A DNA stretch of 64,000 bases from Hausera hauseri (taxonomy: Eukaryota): contig JBJURY010222185.1 of the NCBI GenBank assembly GCA_046269625.1, positions 1 through 64,000 of the forward strand, read 5' to 3'. Of this stretch, positions 17,084 through 27,173 are shown in pieces (positions within the stretch are counted from its first letter, which is position 1; every line of letters begins with the position of its first letter). The notes below the pieces were generated by a model. That model was not told the DNA's origin. It ran no database searches and saw only the letters and a list, made by a program, of their open reading frames with translations. A program made the translations under genes and the position numbers.

Positions 17084-19564
17084 ATGGCAATCGAGAAGCC
17101 GATGACGCCGTTCGAGTTTGGGCCGGGTGACGAGCCCGAGATCGAGGTGGCCATTGCCACGGACGAAGAGCCGGAAATCGAGATAGACACCGAGACTGGC
17201 GAGGTCACAATTGACTTCGGGGAGGGTGAGGACGATGAGAGCGAGGATATGACCGCTCACGATGCCAACCTCGCCGAAAGCATCGAGGATGGGGAGCTCG
17301 AAAGTATTGCAAGCGACCTGATCGAGTCGTTTTTGTCTGATCGCGACAGCCGCCGGGACTGGGCAGCCGCATATATCAGCGGTTTGGACCTCTTGGGCAT
17401 GAAGATCGAGGATCGCTCGCAGCCTTGGGCTGGTGCCTCCGGTGTCTACCACCCGATGCTGACCGAAGCCGTGGTGCGGTTCCAAGCGCAGGCTATGAGC
17501 GAGCTGATGCCCGCATCGGGCCCTGTGCGCACTAAGATCATGGGTAAACTGACGCCCGAGAAGGCCGAGCAGGCCCAGCGCGTGCAGACCGAGATGAACT
17601 ACCTCATCACCGAGGAGATGCCGGACTACCGGGACGAGATGGAGCAGATGCTGTTCCGCCTGCCGCTGGCCGGGTCCTCATTCAAGAAGACATACTACGA
17701 CCCCATCAACGAGATTCCAGTCTCCGTCTTTGTGCCCGCTGAGGACTTCGTGGTCTCTTACGGCGCGTCTAACCTGCGTGTCTGCCCGCGGTTCACGCAT
17801 GTGATGAAGAAGACCGACAATGAGGTCCGGGAGCTGCAGGTCGTTGGGTTCTACCGCGACGTCGAGCTGCCCGCAGCCGAGAAAGACCTCACCGACATCG
17901 AGGAGAAGTACAACGAGCTCGCTGGCGACTCTCAGACTTACGAGGACGACCCGCGGCGCACTATCCTCGAGATGCACGTAGACATCGACCTGCCGGAGCC
18001 GTTCGCGGACGAGAAAGGTGTAGCACGTCCCTACGTCATCACCATCGACAAGACCTCTAAGATTGTCCTCGCCATCCGCCGTAACTGGAAGGAAGACGAC
18101 GCCAAGAAGCGCAAGCTGATGCACTTCACGCACTATCCCTACCTGCCGGGGATGGGGTTCTACGGCACGGGTCTGATCCACCTGATCGGTGGTCTGGCTA
18201 AGTCCGCCACATCTATCCTGCGCCAGCTCATCGACGCGGGCACGCTGTCTAACCTCCCGGCGGGTCTCAAGGCCCGCAGCCTGCGTATCAAGGGCGACAA
18301 CACCCCGCTGATGCCCGGCGAGTGGAGGGACGCTGACGTGACGGGCGGCACGCTCCGCGAGAGCCTGTTCCCGATGCCGTATAAGGAGCCGTCGAGCGTC
18401 CTGTACACCCTGCTGGGTAACGTGGTCGAGGAAGGCCGCCGCATCGGCTCCGTGGCCGATATCCAAGTGGGTGACATGAGCGCAAACGCCCCCGTGGGCA
18501 CCACGCTGGCCCTGCTGGAGCGTAGCCTCAAGGTCATGTCTGGGGTTCAGGCCCGCCTGCACGCCGCGATGAAACAGGAGCTGCGCATCCTCGCGCGGAT
18601 CATCCACGACCACATGCCCGAGCAGTACGCCTACGAGATGGACGGTGACTTCAACCGCATCGAGGACTTCGATGGGCGCGTGGACGTGATCCCGGTCTCC
18701 GACCCTAACGCCGCCACCATGGCGCAGCGGATCATGCAGTATCAGGCCGCCCTGCAGCTCTCGCAGCAGGCTCCGCAGCTCTACGACATGGGTAAACTGC
18801 ACCAGCAGATGCTCGAGGTGCTGGGTATCCAAGACGCCGCCGACATCATTAAGCTGCCCGAGGACATCAAACCGATGGACCCGGTGGCCGAGAACATGGC
18901 GCTGCTGCAGCAGACCCCGGTCAAAGCGTTCCTGTATCAGGACCACGAGGCACACATCGCGACCCACATGGCTGCGATGCAGGACCCGAAGATCGCCCAG
19001 ATGGTCGGCCAGTCACCGTTTGCACCGGCAATCCAAGCCGCTGCCATGTCCCACATCACCGAGCACCTCGCCTATCAGTACCGCAAGGAGATCGAGATGA
19101 CTCTGGGCGTTCCGCTGCCGCCCGAGGGCGAGCCGCTGCCTGAGGATGTCGAGGTCCAGCTGTCTCGCATGGTCGCGCAGGCTGCCGCCAAGCTGTTCAA
19201 CAAGAACGTGGCAGAGGCTCAGCAGGCTCAGGCCGAGCAGCAGGCTCAGGACCCGTTGACGATCATCCAGATGAAAGAGCTCGAGCTCAAAGAGAAAGAG
19301 CTGGATCACAAGATCGACATCGACAACAAGAAGCTGCAGGTCAACGCAGCGACCAGCACTGGGAACCTCTACATCCAGCAAGAGCGTGTCGAGAGCGAGA
19401 ACGAGCGGTCCGCGGCAAACACCATGGCAAAGATCGCCACGGACGCCGCTCGCGAGAACGTCAAGGCGCAGATGGACGGCACTCGCCTCGCCATCGAGGC
19501 TGCCCGGGTGCTCCAAGAGCGCAACAAGCCCCCGGCTCCCGCGCCCAAGGTTGAGGGTCAGTGA
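17084..19564 (+). CDS. portal protein
   Basis: 826 aa following TerL; PWAGASGVYHP and GFYG.GL motifs seen in podovirus portals. Confidence 0.85.
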   Translation: MAIEKPMTPFEFGPGDEPEIEVAIATDEEPEIEIDTETGEVTIDFGEGEDDESEDMTAHDANLAESIEDGELESIASDLIESFLSDRDSRRDWAAAYISGLDLLGMKIEDRSQPWAGASGVYHPMLTEAVVRFQAQAMSELMPASGPVRTKIMGKLTPEKAEQAQRVQTEMNYLITEEMPDYRDEMEQMLFRLPLAGSSFKKTYYDPINEIPVSVFVPAEDFVVSYGASNLRVCPRFTHVMKKTDNEVRELQVVGFYRDVELPAAEKDLTDIEEKYNELAGDSQTYEDDPRRTILEMHVDIDLPEPFADEKGVARPYVITIDKTSKIVLAIRRNWKEDDAKKRKLMHFTHYPYLPGMGFYGTGLIHLIGGLAKSATSILRQLIDAGTLSNLPAGLKARSLRIKGDNTPLMPGEWRDADVTGGTLRESLFPMPYKEPSSVLYTLLGNVVEEGRRIGSVADIQVGDMSANAPVGTTLALLERSLKVMSGVQARLHAAMKQELRILARIIHDHMPEQYAYEMDGDFNRIEDFDGRVDVIPVSDPNAATMAQRIMQYQAALQLSQQAPQLYDMGKLHQQMLEVLGIQDAADIIKLPEDIKPMDPVAENMALLQQTPVKAFLYQDHEAHIATHMAAMQDPKIAQMVGQSPFAPAIQAAAMSHITEHLAYQYRKEIEMTLGVPLPPEGEPLPEDVEVQLSRMVAQAAAKLFNKNVAEAQQAQAEQQAQDPLTIIQMKELELKEKELDHKIDIDNKKLQVNAATSTGNLYIQQERVESENERSAANTMAKIATDAARENVKAQMDGTRLAIEAARVLQERNKPPAPAPKVEGQ

Positions 19565-19752
19565 TGGAGGATACCATTTTCGCCTTTCTGCTCCGCAACA
19601 TCGCGGAGCAGAAAACAGCTCTCGAGCTGCACCTCGCAACGGGCGGTGCCAAGACCTACGAGGACTACTGCCGTAGCACCGGTGAGTATGCTGCGCTACA
19701 GCGCATGTATGATGACATTAAAGACCTAGAGAAAAGATTTATTGCGGATTGA
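19564..19752 (+). CDS. small conserved protein
   Basis: coupled to the portal stop; L.TGGAK.YEDY....G. Confidence 0.6.
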   Translation: MEDTIFAFLLRNIAEQKTALELHLATGGAKTYEDYCRSTGEYAALQRMYDDIKDLEKRFIAD

Positions 19753-19831
19753 TACCATCCGCTATACTTCTTTGAGCTACGCGGATGTCCCGCGCAAGGC
19801 GCTGTGAGCCTCAATCACTGCAGGAGGAACT

Positions 19832-20200
19832 ATGTATACGGCTAACAAAGTCGACGACGAGCAGCTAAAGGCTAAGCTGCCGGAACCCTCGGGATACAGG
19901 CTCTTGATCGCCGTCCCAGAGGTCAGCGAGAAAACCGAAGGTGGAGTCTACATGCCGGACCAGCTGAAAAAGGCTGAGGAAACGGCGTCCATCATTGGTT
20001 TCGTGGTCAAGTCTGGCCCTGATGCCTACGCTGACCTGAACAAGTTCCCCAACGGGGCTTGGTGCAAAGAAGGCGATTTCGTCATTTTCCGCTCCTACTC
20101 CGGCACCCGCTTCAAGGTAATGGGGAAGGAGTTCCGTCTCATCAATGACGACACCGTCGAGGCTGTTGTCGAAGACCCACGGGGGTATAGCCGCGCATGA
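19832..20200 (+). CDS. GroES-like co-chaperonin
   Basis: P.GYRLLI, KTEGGVY.PD, G.VVK.GPDAY, GDFVIF..YSGT, RLINDD.VEAVV. Confidence 0.85.
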   Translation: MYTANKVDDEQLKAKLPEPSGYRLLIAVPEVSEKTEGGVYMPDQLKKAEETASIIGFVVKSGPDAYADLNKFPNGAWCKEGDFVIFRSYSGTRFKVMGKEFRLINDDTVEAVVEDPRGYSRA

Positions 20201-21123
20201 CCGACAAGAACGATGACATCGAAGTCGACGTCGAAGGCGACGACGAGCTCGAGATCGAGGTTCAGGACGATACCCCTGAACCCGACAAAGGTAAGCCGAA
20301 AGCTGCTGAGGTAGAGACTGAGACGAAGGGCGCGGATGACGACGACTTGGAGGGCTACTCCGACAGCGTCAAGAAGCGCATCAACAAGCTCAAGTTCGAC
20401 CAGCACGCTGAGCGCCGGGCCAAAGAAGAGGCAATTCGTCTCCGTGAGGAGGCCATTTCCTACGCGGAGAAAGTCCGTAAGGAGAACGAAGAGCTTCGCA
20501 AGGCTTACGCCGAAGGCGAGACTGTCCTCGTAGGGCAGACCAAGGCCCGTCTCGAGAGCGAACTTACCGCGGCGCGCACCGCGTACAAGCAGGCTTACGA
20601 GAGTGGTGACGCCGATGCTGTGCTCGCCGCGCAGGAGAAGCTGCTCAAGCTGCAGGTCGAGAATGACCGGGTGCAGAACTACAGGCCGCGCGCCGCGCAG
20701 GCCACCGCACCGGCTCCCGCTGCACAGCAGCAAGCCGCTCCGCAAGTCCAAAAGCCCGATGATCGGGCTATGAAATGGGCCGAGAAAAACGCTTGGTTCA
20801 TGAAGGACAAGGCCATGACGGGCTTTGCTATGGGCTTCCACGAAGACCTAGTATCGCAGGGCGTTGATCCGCAGAGCGATTTGTACTATTCTAAGATAGA
20901 CGAAGCGGTTCGCCGCACGTTCCCAGACAGGTTTGACGACGGGCATATTGAGGAAAAAGCACCCCGACGTCAGACTGGTACCGTGGTCGCCCCGGCTGCT
21001 CGCAGCACGAAAGCACCGCGCAAGATTGTGCTAACCTCCTCCGAGGCCGCTCTCGCCAAGCGCCTTGGTGTGCCTCTCAAGGTATTCGCGGCGCAGAAGC
21101 TAAAGGATATGCAAAATGGCTGA
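20197..21123 (+). CDS. putative capsid scaffolding protein
   Basis: acidic N-terminus, coiled coil, C-terminal LT.SE..LAKRLGV; lies between portal and capsid. Confidence 0.65.
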   Translation: MTDKNDDIEVDVEGDDELEIEVQDDTPEPDKGKPKAAEVETETKGADDDDLEGYSDSVKKRINKLKFDQHAERRAKEEAIRLREEAISYAEKVRKENEELRKAYAEGETVLVGQTKARLESELTAARTAYKQAYESGDADAVLAAQEKLLKLQVENDRVQNYRPRAAQATAPAPAAQQQAAPQVQKPDDRAMKWAEKNAWFMKDKAMTGFAMGFHEDLVSQGVDPQSDLYYSKIDEAVRRTFPDRFDDGHIEEKAPRRQTGTVVAPAARSTKAPRKIVLTSSEAALAKRLGVPLKVFAAQKLKDMQNG

Positions 21124-21562
21124 CCGGACCCCACGTACTCTCGAAACTCGTGAACACACGAGTCCGCGCAAAAAGACGTGGAAGCGGCAATCCATGCTGC
21201 CTACCCCCGAGCCCCGGGACGGCTTGAAGTTCCGGTGGATTCGCACCTCCACTCTGGGTAACGCAGACATGACGAATGTCTCCGCACGGTTCCGTGAAGG
21301 TTATACGCCAGTGATGGCGGCTGACTATCCTGAGCTGCAAATTATGTCCGACGTCGACTCGCGCTTCAAAGGCAACGTCGAAGTCGGGGGCCTCCTGCTC
21401 TGTGCCGCACCCTCTGAGGATGTGCAGGCACGTGTGGAAGGCCAACTCGAGATCGCGCAGAATCAGATCGACGCTGTTGATCGTAACTTCATGCGTGAGA
21501 ACGACCCGCGGATGCCGGTGCTTCGGCCCGAGCGTTCAACCAAGACCTCGTTCGGCAAGTAA
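21116..21562 (+). CDS. conserved head-region protein
   Basis: RWIR...G..D..N...R.REGY pattern. Confidence 0.65.
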   Translation: MADRTPRTLETREHTSPRKKTWKRQSMLPTPEPRDGLKFRWIRTSTLGNADMTNVSARFREGYTPVMAADYPELQIMSDVDSRFKGNVEVGGLLLCAAPSEDVQARVEGQLEIAQNQIDAVDRNFMRENDPRMPVLRPERSTKTSFGK

Positions 21563-21600
21563 TTGCCGTGAACTGAAACTGTAGATGAAGGAGAGAACCT

Positions 21601-22200
21601 ATGGGTTCCCTTAATGCTCCCTTCGGTCTGCGGGTGACTGGCCGTCTCGACGCCGGGTCGCTGGAGGTTTTCCGCCAGTACCCCATCGCCTCGGGCTACG
21701 CTGCCAACATCGCGGCTGGTGACGTCGTCATGCTGACCGACAACGGCACCTCGACCACGATCACCAAGCAGACCGCTACCGGTGATACTTCGGCTGACAT
21801 CGCCATGCTCGGCGTGTTCATGGGCTGCTCGTACACCGATCCGTCGACCGGCCAAATCACGTTTTCGAACATGTGGCCGACCGGCACCGTCGCTTCGGAC
21901 GCTCTGGCGTTTGTCTGTGACGACCCGCAAGCGCTCTATGTGGTTATGGCCGACGAAGCCATCACCAACACCCTCGACATCTACGGCAAGAACGCCGCGA
22001 TTGTTCAGGGCGCGGTGAACACCACGTTCAAAGCCTCGCGCGTTGCGCTCGATGCGTCCACCATCGGTACGGACGCCAACCTCCCGCTGCGAATCATCGA
22101 CTACGTCGGTGGCCCTCGTGGCGACGAGGTAGGCACTACCTACCCGCTGTTGGTCGTGAAACTGAACTACACGCAGCTGACCGCTGCTGTTGGCGTGTAA
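21601..22200 (+). CDS. putative capsid decoration/minor structural protein
   Basis: AAGGAG RBS; directly upstream of the MCP; beta-rich. Confidence 0.6.
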   Translation: MGSLNAPFGLRVTGRLDAGSLEVFRQYPIASGYAANIAAGDVVMLTDNGTSTTITKQTATGDTSADIAMLGVFMGCSYTDPSTGQITFSNMWPTGTVASDALAFVCDDPQALYVVMADEAITNTLDIYGKNAAIVQGAVNTTFKASRVALDASTIGTDANLPLRIIDYVGGPRGDEVGTTYPLLVVKLNYTQLTAAVGV

Positions 22201-22212
22201 GGAGGGCTGACA

Positions 22213-23118
22213 ATGGCTATTTCGCGCGCACAGGCCCTCAAAGAACTGTTTCCGGGCCTTAACGCCCTGTTCGGTCTTGAGTACGCCAAGTACGAAAACG
22301 AGCATGCTGAGATTTATGAGACCGAATCCTCGGAGCGTAGCTTCGAAGAAGAAGTCAAGTTGTCCGGCTTTGGTGCAGCTCCGGTGAAACCGGAAGGCTC
22401 CGCCATCTCGTACGACAACGCACAGGAATCGTTCACCGCTCGTTACAACCACGAGACGGTGGCCATGGGCTTCTCGATCACCGAAGAAGCTATGGAAGAC
22501 AACCTGTACGACTCGCTCTCGGCTCGCTACACCAAGGCGCTCGCTCGTGCCATGGCGTACACCAAGCAGGTCAAGGCGGCTTCGCTGCTGAATACGGGCT
22601 TCACCACCTTCACCTCGGGTGACGGCGTGACTCTGTTCAACTCGGCGCACCCCACCGTTGCTGGCGGCACCAACGCCAACCGTCCTTCGGTTGACGCCGA
22701 CCTCAACGAGACCTCGCTGGAACAAGCGGTCATCGACATCGCTGCTTACAAAGACGAACGCGGTCTGCTGATCGCTGCTCGTCCGCGCAAGCTGATTGTT
22801 CCGCCGAGCCTGATGTTCGTTGCGACTCGTCTGCTGCAGACCGAGCTGCGTGTCGGCACCGCCGATAACGACATCAACGCGCTGAACACCAACGGGTCGA
22901 TCCCCGAAGGCTATCGCGTGAACCACTACCTGACGGACAATGACGCGTGGTACCTCACCACCGACATCCCGAACGGTATGAAGCACTTCGTCCGTGTCGC
23001 TATGTCGACTTCTATGGACGGGGATTTTGACACCGGCAACGTTCGCTATAAGGCACGGGAGCGCTACAGTTTCGGCGTTAGCGACCCGCTGGCAATGTAC
23101 GCATCGCCGGGCGCGTAA
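22213..23118 (+). CDS. major capsid protein
   Basis: MAISRAQ..KEL.PGLNALFG.EY...GDFDTGNVRYKARERYSFG; strong codon bias; followed by a terminator. Confidence 0.85.
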   Translation: MAISRAQALKELFPGLNALFGLEYAKYENEHAEIYETESSERSFEEEVKLSGFGAAPVKPEGSAISYDNAQESFTARYNHETVAMGFSITEEAMEDNLYDSLSARYTKALARAMAYTKQVKAASLLNTGFTTFTSGDGVTLFNSAHPTVAGGTNANRPSVDADLNETSLEQAVIDIAAYKDERGLLIAARPRKLIVPPSLMFVATRLLQTELRVGTADNDINALNTNGSIPEGYRVNHYLTDNDAWYLTTDIPNGMKHFVRVAMSTSMDGDFDTGNVRYKARERYSFGVSDPLAMYASPGA

Positions 23119-23142
23119 GCGCTAAGTACCTGAAAACACTGG

Positions 23143-23171
23143 AAAAGCCCGCTTCGGCGGGCTTTTTCTTT
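23143..23171 (+). terminator. rho-independent terminator
   Basis: AAAAGCCCGC-TTCG-GCGGGCTTTT followed by TCTTT. Confidence 0.85.
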
Positions 23172-23256
23172 ACCATAAGCGATATAAAGCTAGAGTATTA
23201 TGTTGACCCCACGTCTTTTGTTTTATATCTATACTTTACCAACACAGGAGCTCGCT

Positions 23257-24192
23257 ATGTCCGTCATTTATCAGATCACCAATATGCTTACCGGGGACTT
23301 CTATATCGGTAGCGCGCAGTCATTTGCCCGCCGGGAGTGGCAGCACCGTTACGCTCTCAAGCGCAACGAGCATAAGAACCCCCACATGCAGTCCTCGTGG
23401 AACAAGTATGGGGAGGAGGTATTTGTCTTCGAGGTACTCGAGGAGGTGCCAGATGAAGAAGACGTCCTCGCGGCGGAGAACAAGTACCTCCATAAGCATG
23501 TTGGGCAGCACAACTGCTTCAATGTGAACAAGGACGCTCTTGCCCCGAGGCTCGGGCAGGTCATGACCGCCGAGTCCAAGGCCAAGCTTAGCGAGAGCAG
23601 GAAGGGCAAGGGCGCGGGCGAAGAGCATTACCGGTACGGCCAAGAAGTATCCGCAGAGGTACGTGCCAAGATCAGTGAGACACAAAAAGGCCGCCAGAGC
23701 CCGATGAAGGGCAAGAAGATGTCCGAGCAGGGGCGAGCCAACGTCGCAGCCGCCGTGACGCGCGGCGCAGATTCGCACTTCTATGGGAAGCGCCCAGCGA
23801 GCGCTGACGAATTGCAGAAGGCAATCACGGCGCAGTATTCGGACGGGCGGCAAGAAACTTACCCTAGCTTGACACACATCCGCGATACATTTGGTGTGTC
23901 GCTTATGACGACTATCCGGGCATGCAAGAGCGGAAACCGTGTGGAGCGCGGGGCTTTTGCGGGGGCACTCATGTGGTATGCAGATTCTGAAAAACCCGCT
24001 TTGGCAGATGAACAAGTCCCCGCAGAGTACGCCGATCTTCCGCGCACGCGAACTGAGGCTAAACGTCTTGGGGCTAAGAAGTACTTTACTGGGGAACCGT
24101 GCACGCATGGCCACGTAGCGCCCAGATACACTAAGGGTATGTGCGTAGCCTGCGCGGCAGAGGGGCAAAGAGCTAGGGCTCGTAAGCTCTAG
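23257..24192 (+). CDS. GIY-YIG homing endonuclease with NUMOD3-like repeats
   Basis: VIYQITN....FYIGSA; R...H...L....H.N...Q..WNKYG; ESKAKLSES/EVRAKISE repeats. Confidence 0.85.
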   Translation: MSVIYQITNMLTGDFYIGSAQSFARREWQHRYALKRNEHKNPHMQSSWNKYGEEVFVFEVLEEVPDEEDVLAAENKYLHKHVGQHNCFNVNKDALAPRLGQVMTAESKAKLSESRKGKGAGEEHYRYGQEVSAEVRAKISETQKGRQSPMKGKKMSEQGRANVAAAVTRGADSHFYGKRPASADELQKAITAQYSDGRQETYPSLTHIRDTFGVSLMTTIRACKSGNRVERGAFAGALMWYADSEKPALADEQVPAEYADLPRTRTEAKRLGAKKYFTGEPCTHGHVAPRYTKGMCVACAAEGQRARARKL

Positions 24193-24308
24193 CGCGATTA
24201 GCGATAGTGGTGTACACTCCCTGCAGGGTAACATCAGCCGCACAGACAGGACGCCCGACCTGACGATGCACAGACTGCGCGGCGAATCCTTGTGCAAGGG
24301 GTACTACC

Positions 24309-24542
24309 ATGGCTAATACGACCTTCTCTGGTCCCGTAACCTCGCAGAACGGCTTCGTCGTTGGCGCTGACAGCTTCATCGCCCTCACCGCCCAGACCAC
24401 GGCTTCTCTGCCCACGGCAGCTGCAGCCAATGCTGGCCACGTTCGCCTCATCAACGACAACGGTGCTGGCAACAACGAGTACTGCCTCGTGATCTCGACC
24501 GGCTCCGCTTGGGTCACTGCTGTTGGCGCAGCCCTCAGCTAA
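24309..24542 (+). CDS. small structural protein
   Basis: MANTTFSGPV N-terminus. Confidence 0.65.
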   Translation: MANTTFSGPVTSQNGFVVGADSFIALTAQTTASLPTAAAANAGHVRLINDNGAGNNEYCLVISTGSAWVTAVGAALS

Positions 24543-24554
24543 TAGGAGGCCCGT

Positions 24555-24830
24555 ATGGCCGACGAACTTGACGTAAGCTCTAAGCGAGTAACCGGCACCG
24601 GTGCCTTGAGCATCGGTCGTGCCCGTATCCGCATGGCGGTAGTTACGCTTAGCGGGGCGGGTCGTGTTACCATGACCAGCGGCAGTGGTGGGACAACGAA
24701 GATTGACATGGATTTTGGCGCAGCCGGAACCTACGATATCTTCATCCCGGGCACTGGGGTTCTGTTTGATGCAGACCCCTATGTGTCCACGGCCACCAAC
24801 GTCACCGCGATGACGATATTCTGGTCGTAA
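24555..24830 (+). CDS. small structural protein
   Basis: AGGAGG RBS; beta-rich. Confidence 0.65.
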   Translation: MADELDVSSKRVTGTGALSIGRARIRMAVVTLSGAGRVTMTSGSGGTTKIDMDFGAAGTYDIFIPGTGVLFDADPYVSTATNVTAMTIFWS

Positions 24831-24840
24831 GGAGAATAGA

Positions 24841-25578
24841 ATGGCTCGGGAGCTATCTTCCATCTCTCGGTTCGGTCTTACCGAGCCATTCGAGCTTCAA
24901 GTGGCCCGTGGCCAGATCACAGGCCACAAACGCCTTCTGAAGTTTGGCTTCAACGCCCTCATTAATGAGGTCGAGGAGACCGTGTGGGAGGCTGGAGGAA
25001 TCTATGCCTACCCGGCATCAGCTATCACGCTGACCGCTACGAGTTCCGCAGGGGCAACAGATAGCGCTGTAGTTATGACCGTGCAGGGCTTGGATGCTGA
25101 CTACAACGAGATTGGCGAAAGCATCACGTTATCTGGCGCCGGAACCGCGACGACCACCCAGCAGTTTCTTAGGGTCAACCGTGCGTTTGTGACTGGCTCG
25201 AAAGGGCTTACTGGGACGGTGTCGTTTACCAATAACGGCACCACATACGCCACGGTCAACAGCGACAATCAGACCCTCATGGCGCTGTGGACAGTACCTG
25301 CGGGCTACACGGCTTACGTCATCCAAACCGACGTGACGGTGCTGACGGAGACTAACAACAAGTTTGGCACGATACGGTTTGTGACGCGTCTCCCGGGTAG
25401 CGTGTTCAGGACGCAGGACATGTTCTCGGCGCAAAACAGCAATGTCACCCGGACGTACAGCATCCCCCTCCCCGTGCCGGAGAAAACTGACATTGAGTTT
25501 CGGGCCATTGGCAGCAGTGCCAACGCAGCCCTCCATGTGTCGGCGACCTTCGAGATCATCTACATCTGGAACGGATAA
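24841..25578 (+). CDS. putative structural protein
   Basis: AAGGAG RBS; FELQVARGQI.GH. Confidence 0.65.
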   Translation: MARELSSISRFGLTEPFELQVARGQITGHKRLLKFGFNALINEVEETVWEAGGIYAYPASAITLTATSSAGATDSAVVMTVQGLDADYNEIGESITLSGAGTATTTQQFLRVNRAFVTGSKGLTGTVSFTNNGTTYATVNSDNQTLMALWTVPAGYTAYVIQTDVTVLTETNNKFGTIRFVTRLPGSVFRTQDMFSAQNSNVTRTYSIPLPVPEKTDIEFRAIGSSANAALHVSATFEIIYIWNG

Positions 25579-25580
25579 TC

Positions 25581-25835
25581 ATGGCCAAAACACCAGCATG
25601 GACTCGCAAAGAGGGGAAGGACCCGAAAGGGGGCCTCAATGCAAAAGGGCGGGCGTCCGCCAAGGCTCAGGGTATGAACCTTAAGCCTCCGGCACCGAAC
25701 CCTAAGACCAAGAAGGACGCAGCGCGGCGCAAGTCGTTCTGCGCCCGGAGCGCAGGACAGATGAAGATGTGGCCTGACGCTGCTAAGGACCCCGATAGCC
25801 GCCTGAGAAAAGCGAGGAAAGCATGGAACTGCTAG
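25581..25835 (+). CDS. small basic protein
   Basis: AWTRKEGK.PKGGLNAKGR...RRKSFCAR...W.C. Confidence 0.7.
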   Translation: MAKTPAWTRKEGKDPKGGLNAKGRASAKAQGMNLKPPAPNPKTKKDAARRKSFCARSAGQMKMWPDAAKDPDSRLRKARKAWNC

Positions 25836-26320
25836 GAGAGCGTTGGGTCGATATCCACGGCTACGAGGGTCGCTACGCAGTTAGCGACCACGGGCGCGTC
25901 AAATCTTTGTCGCGGTTCCGTCGCGGTAAGTCTGGCGGCATGGTGCCTGTTCCGGAAAAAATTATGCGACTGACCGCCAAGAAGCGTTCCGCAAACGGCA
26001 GAACACTACCATACCTTGAGGTAAAACTGCGCGACGGCTCCCCTCGAGATGTTCGGTGTACGTCCTTTTTGGTGCATCGACTGGTGGCACAGGCGTTCAT
26101 TGGAGAGCTTTTCGACGGCGCGCAGGTTGACCACATAGACGGGGACCACTCAAACAACCACTGGGGAAACCTTCGCATTTTATCCGCAAGGGATCACGGC
26201 CTGCTCCACCCATGCATTGCGGATCGAGCAAAAAACTCTCAGATGCAGGCGGCGGCTCAGGCAAAAATCATCGAGCTTCGCGCCTCCGGTGCCATTGTGG
26301 GAAAGCGGAGAGTGTGCTGA
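25823..26320 (+). CDS. NUMOD4/HNH homing endonuclease
   Basis: W.DI.GYEGRYAVSD.GRVKS; VHRLVA.AF...VDHIDGD..NN...NL. Confidence 0.85.
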   Translation: MELLGERWVDIHGYEGRYAVSDHGRVKSLSRFRRGKSGGMVPVPEKIMRLTAKKRSANGRTLPYLEVKLRDGSPRDVRCTSFLVHRLVAQAFIGELFDGAQVDHIDGDHSNNHWGNLRILSARDHGLLHPCIADRAKNSQMQAAAQAKIIELRASGAIVGKRRVC

Positions 26321-26321
26321 C

Positions 26322-26462
26322 ATGCCACTGACCGCCAAAGGCAAGAAGATTAAGGCCGCGATGGCCAAGCAGTACGGCAAAGAGAAGGGCGAACGCGTCT
26401 TCTATGCCGCTGAGAACAAAGGCTCTATCAAGGGCGTAGCCAAGAAGAGGAAGACGAAATGA
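26322..26462 (+). CDS. small basic protein
   Basis: MPLTAKGKKI...YGKEKGERVFYA. Confidence 0.6.
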   Translation: MPLTAKGKKIKAAMAKQYGKEKGERVFYAAENKGSIKGVAKKRKTK

Positions 26463-26650
26463 TGAGTCGCGCAAACATGGGTCGCCAGATCGCGACCGCT
26501 CCCGCCTCTCGCGCCGCTGGCATGCCCGGTGCAGAGCGCCGTATGGCAATGCAGGCCATGGCTAAGCCCATGCGTATGGCCAAAGGTGGCAAAGCCAAGA
26601 AGATGGATGGCTGCTGCATGAAGGGTCACACCAAGGGGATGATGAAGTAA
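26459..26650 (+). CDS. small basic protein with MAKGG motif
   Basis: ATGA coupling; DGC..KGHTKG. Confidence 0.6.
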   Translation: MMSRANMGRQIATAPASRAAGMPGAERRMAMQAMAKPMRMAKGGKAKKMDGCCMKGHTKGMMK

Positions 26651-26793
26651 TGGCCAAGAAAACCACGCCGAAAGTAGAGACGCAGGTGAACACCGTTGCG
26701 GTCGAACAGGCCGCGGAGTTCACCCCGTGCAATCAGTGCGGCAACCCGGGTGACTGCGCCCGCGCCTCGACGTGCCGGAAGGGCTTCAAGTAA
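26650..26793 (+). CDS. small Cys-rich protein, 47 aa
   Basis: TAATG overlap; CNQC...C....C; read manually. Confidence 0.5.
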   Translation: MAKKTTPKVETQVNTVAVEQAAEFTPCNQCGNPGDCARASTCRKGFK

Positions 26794-26795
26794 CC

Positions 26796-27170
26796 ATGGG
26801 CCGCACCAACGAGAAGCTATGGGAACAGGCCAAGGCGCAAGCCAAGGCCAAGATGGGCGGGAAACACTCCGCCCGGGCCATGCAGCTCGCTGGTAAAATC
26901 TACAAGGAGAAGGGCGGAGGGTACACGGGTGAGAAGACCGCGGCCCAGAAGTCCCTCTCCAAGTGGACCAAGGAAGACTGGGGCACTAAGAGCGGCAAGC
27001 CGTCGGGTAAGACCGGGGAGCGCTACCTGCCTAAAAAGGCTCGTGACGCCCTGACCCCTGCGGAGTATGCTGCAACCACCCGCGCCAAGCGCGAGGGCAC
27101 CGCCAAGGGCAAGCAGTTCGTGGCACAGCCGAAACGTATCGCGAAGAAGACCGCGAAATTCAGGGACTAA
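26796..27170 (+). CDS. small basic conserved phage protein
   Basis: SARA.Q...K.YK..GGGY; SLSKWTKEDW.TKSGK...ERYLP. Confidence 0.7.
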   Translation: MGRTNEKLWEQAKAQAKAKMGGKHSARAMQLAGKIYKEKGGGYTGEKTAAQKSLSKWTKEDWGTKSGKPSGKTGERYLPKKARDALTPAEYAATTRAKREGTAKGKQFVAQPKRIAKKTAKFRD

Positions 27171-27173
27171 ACC

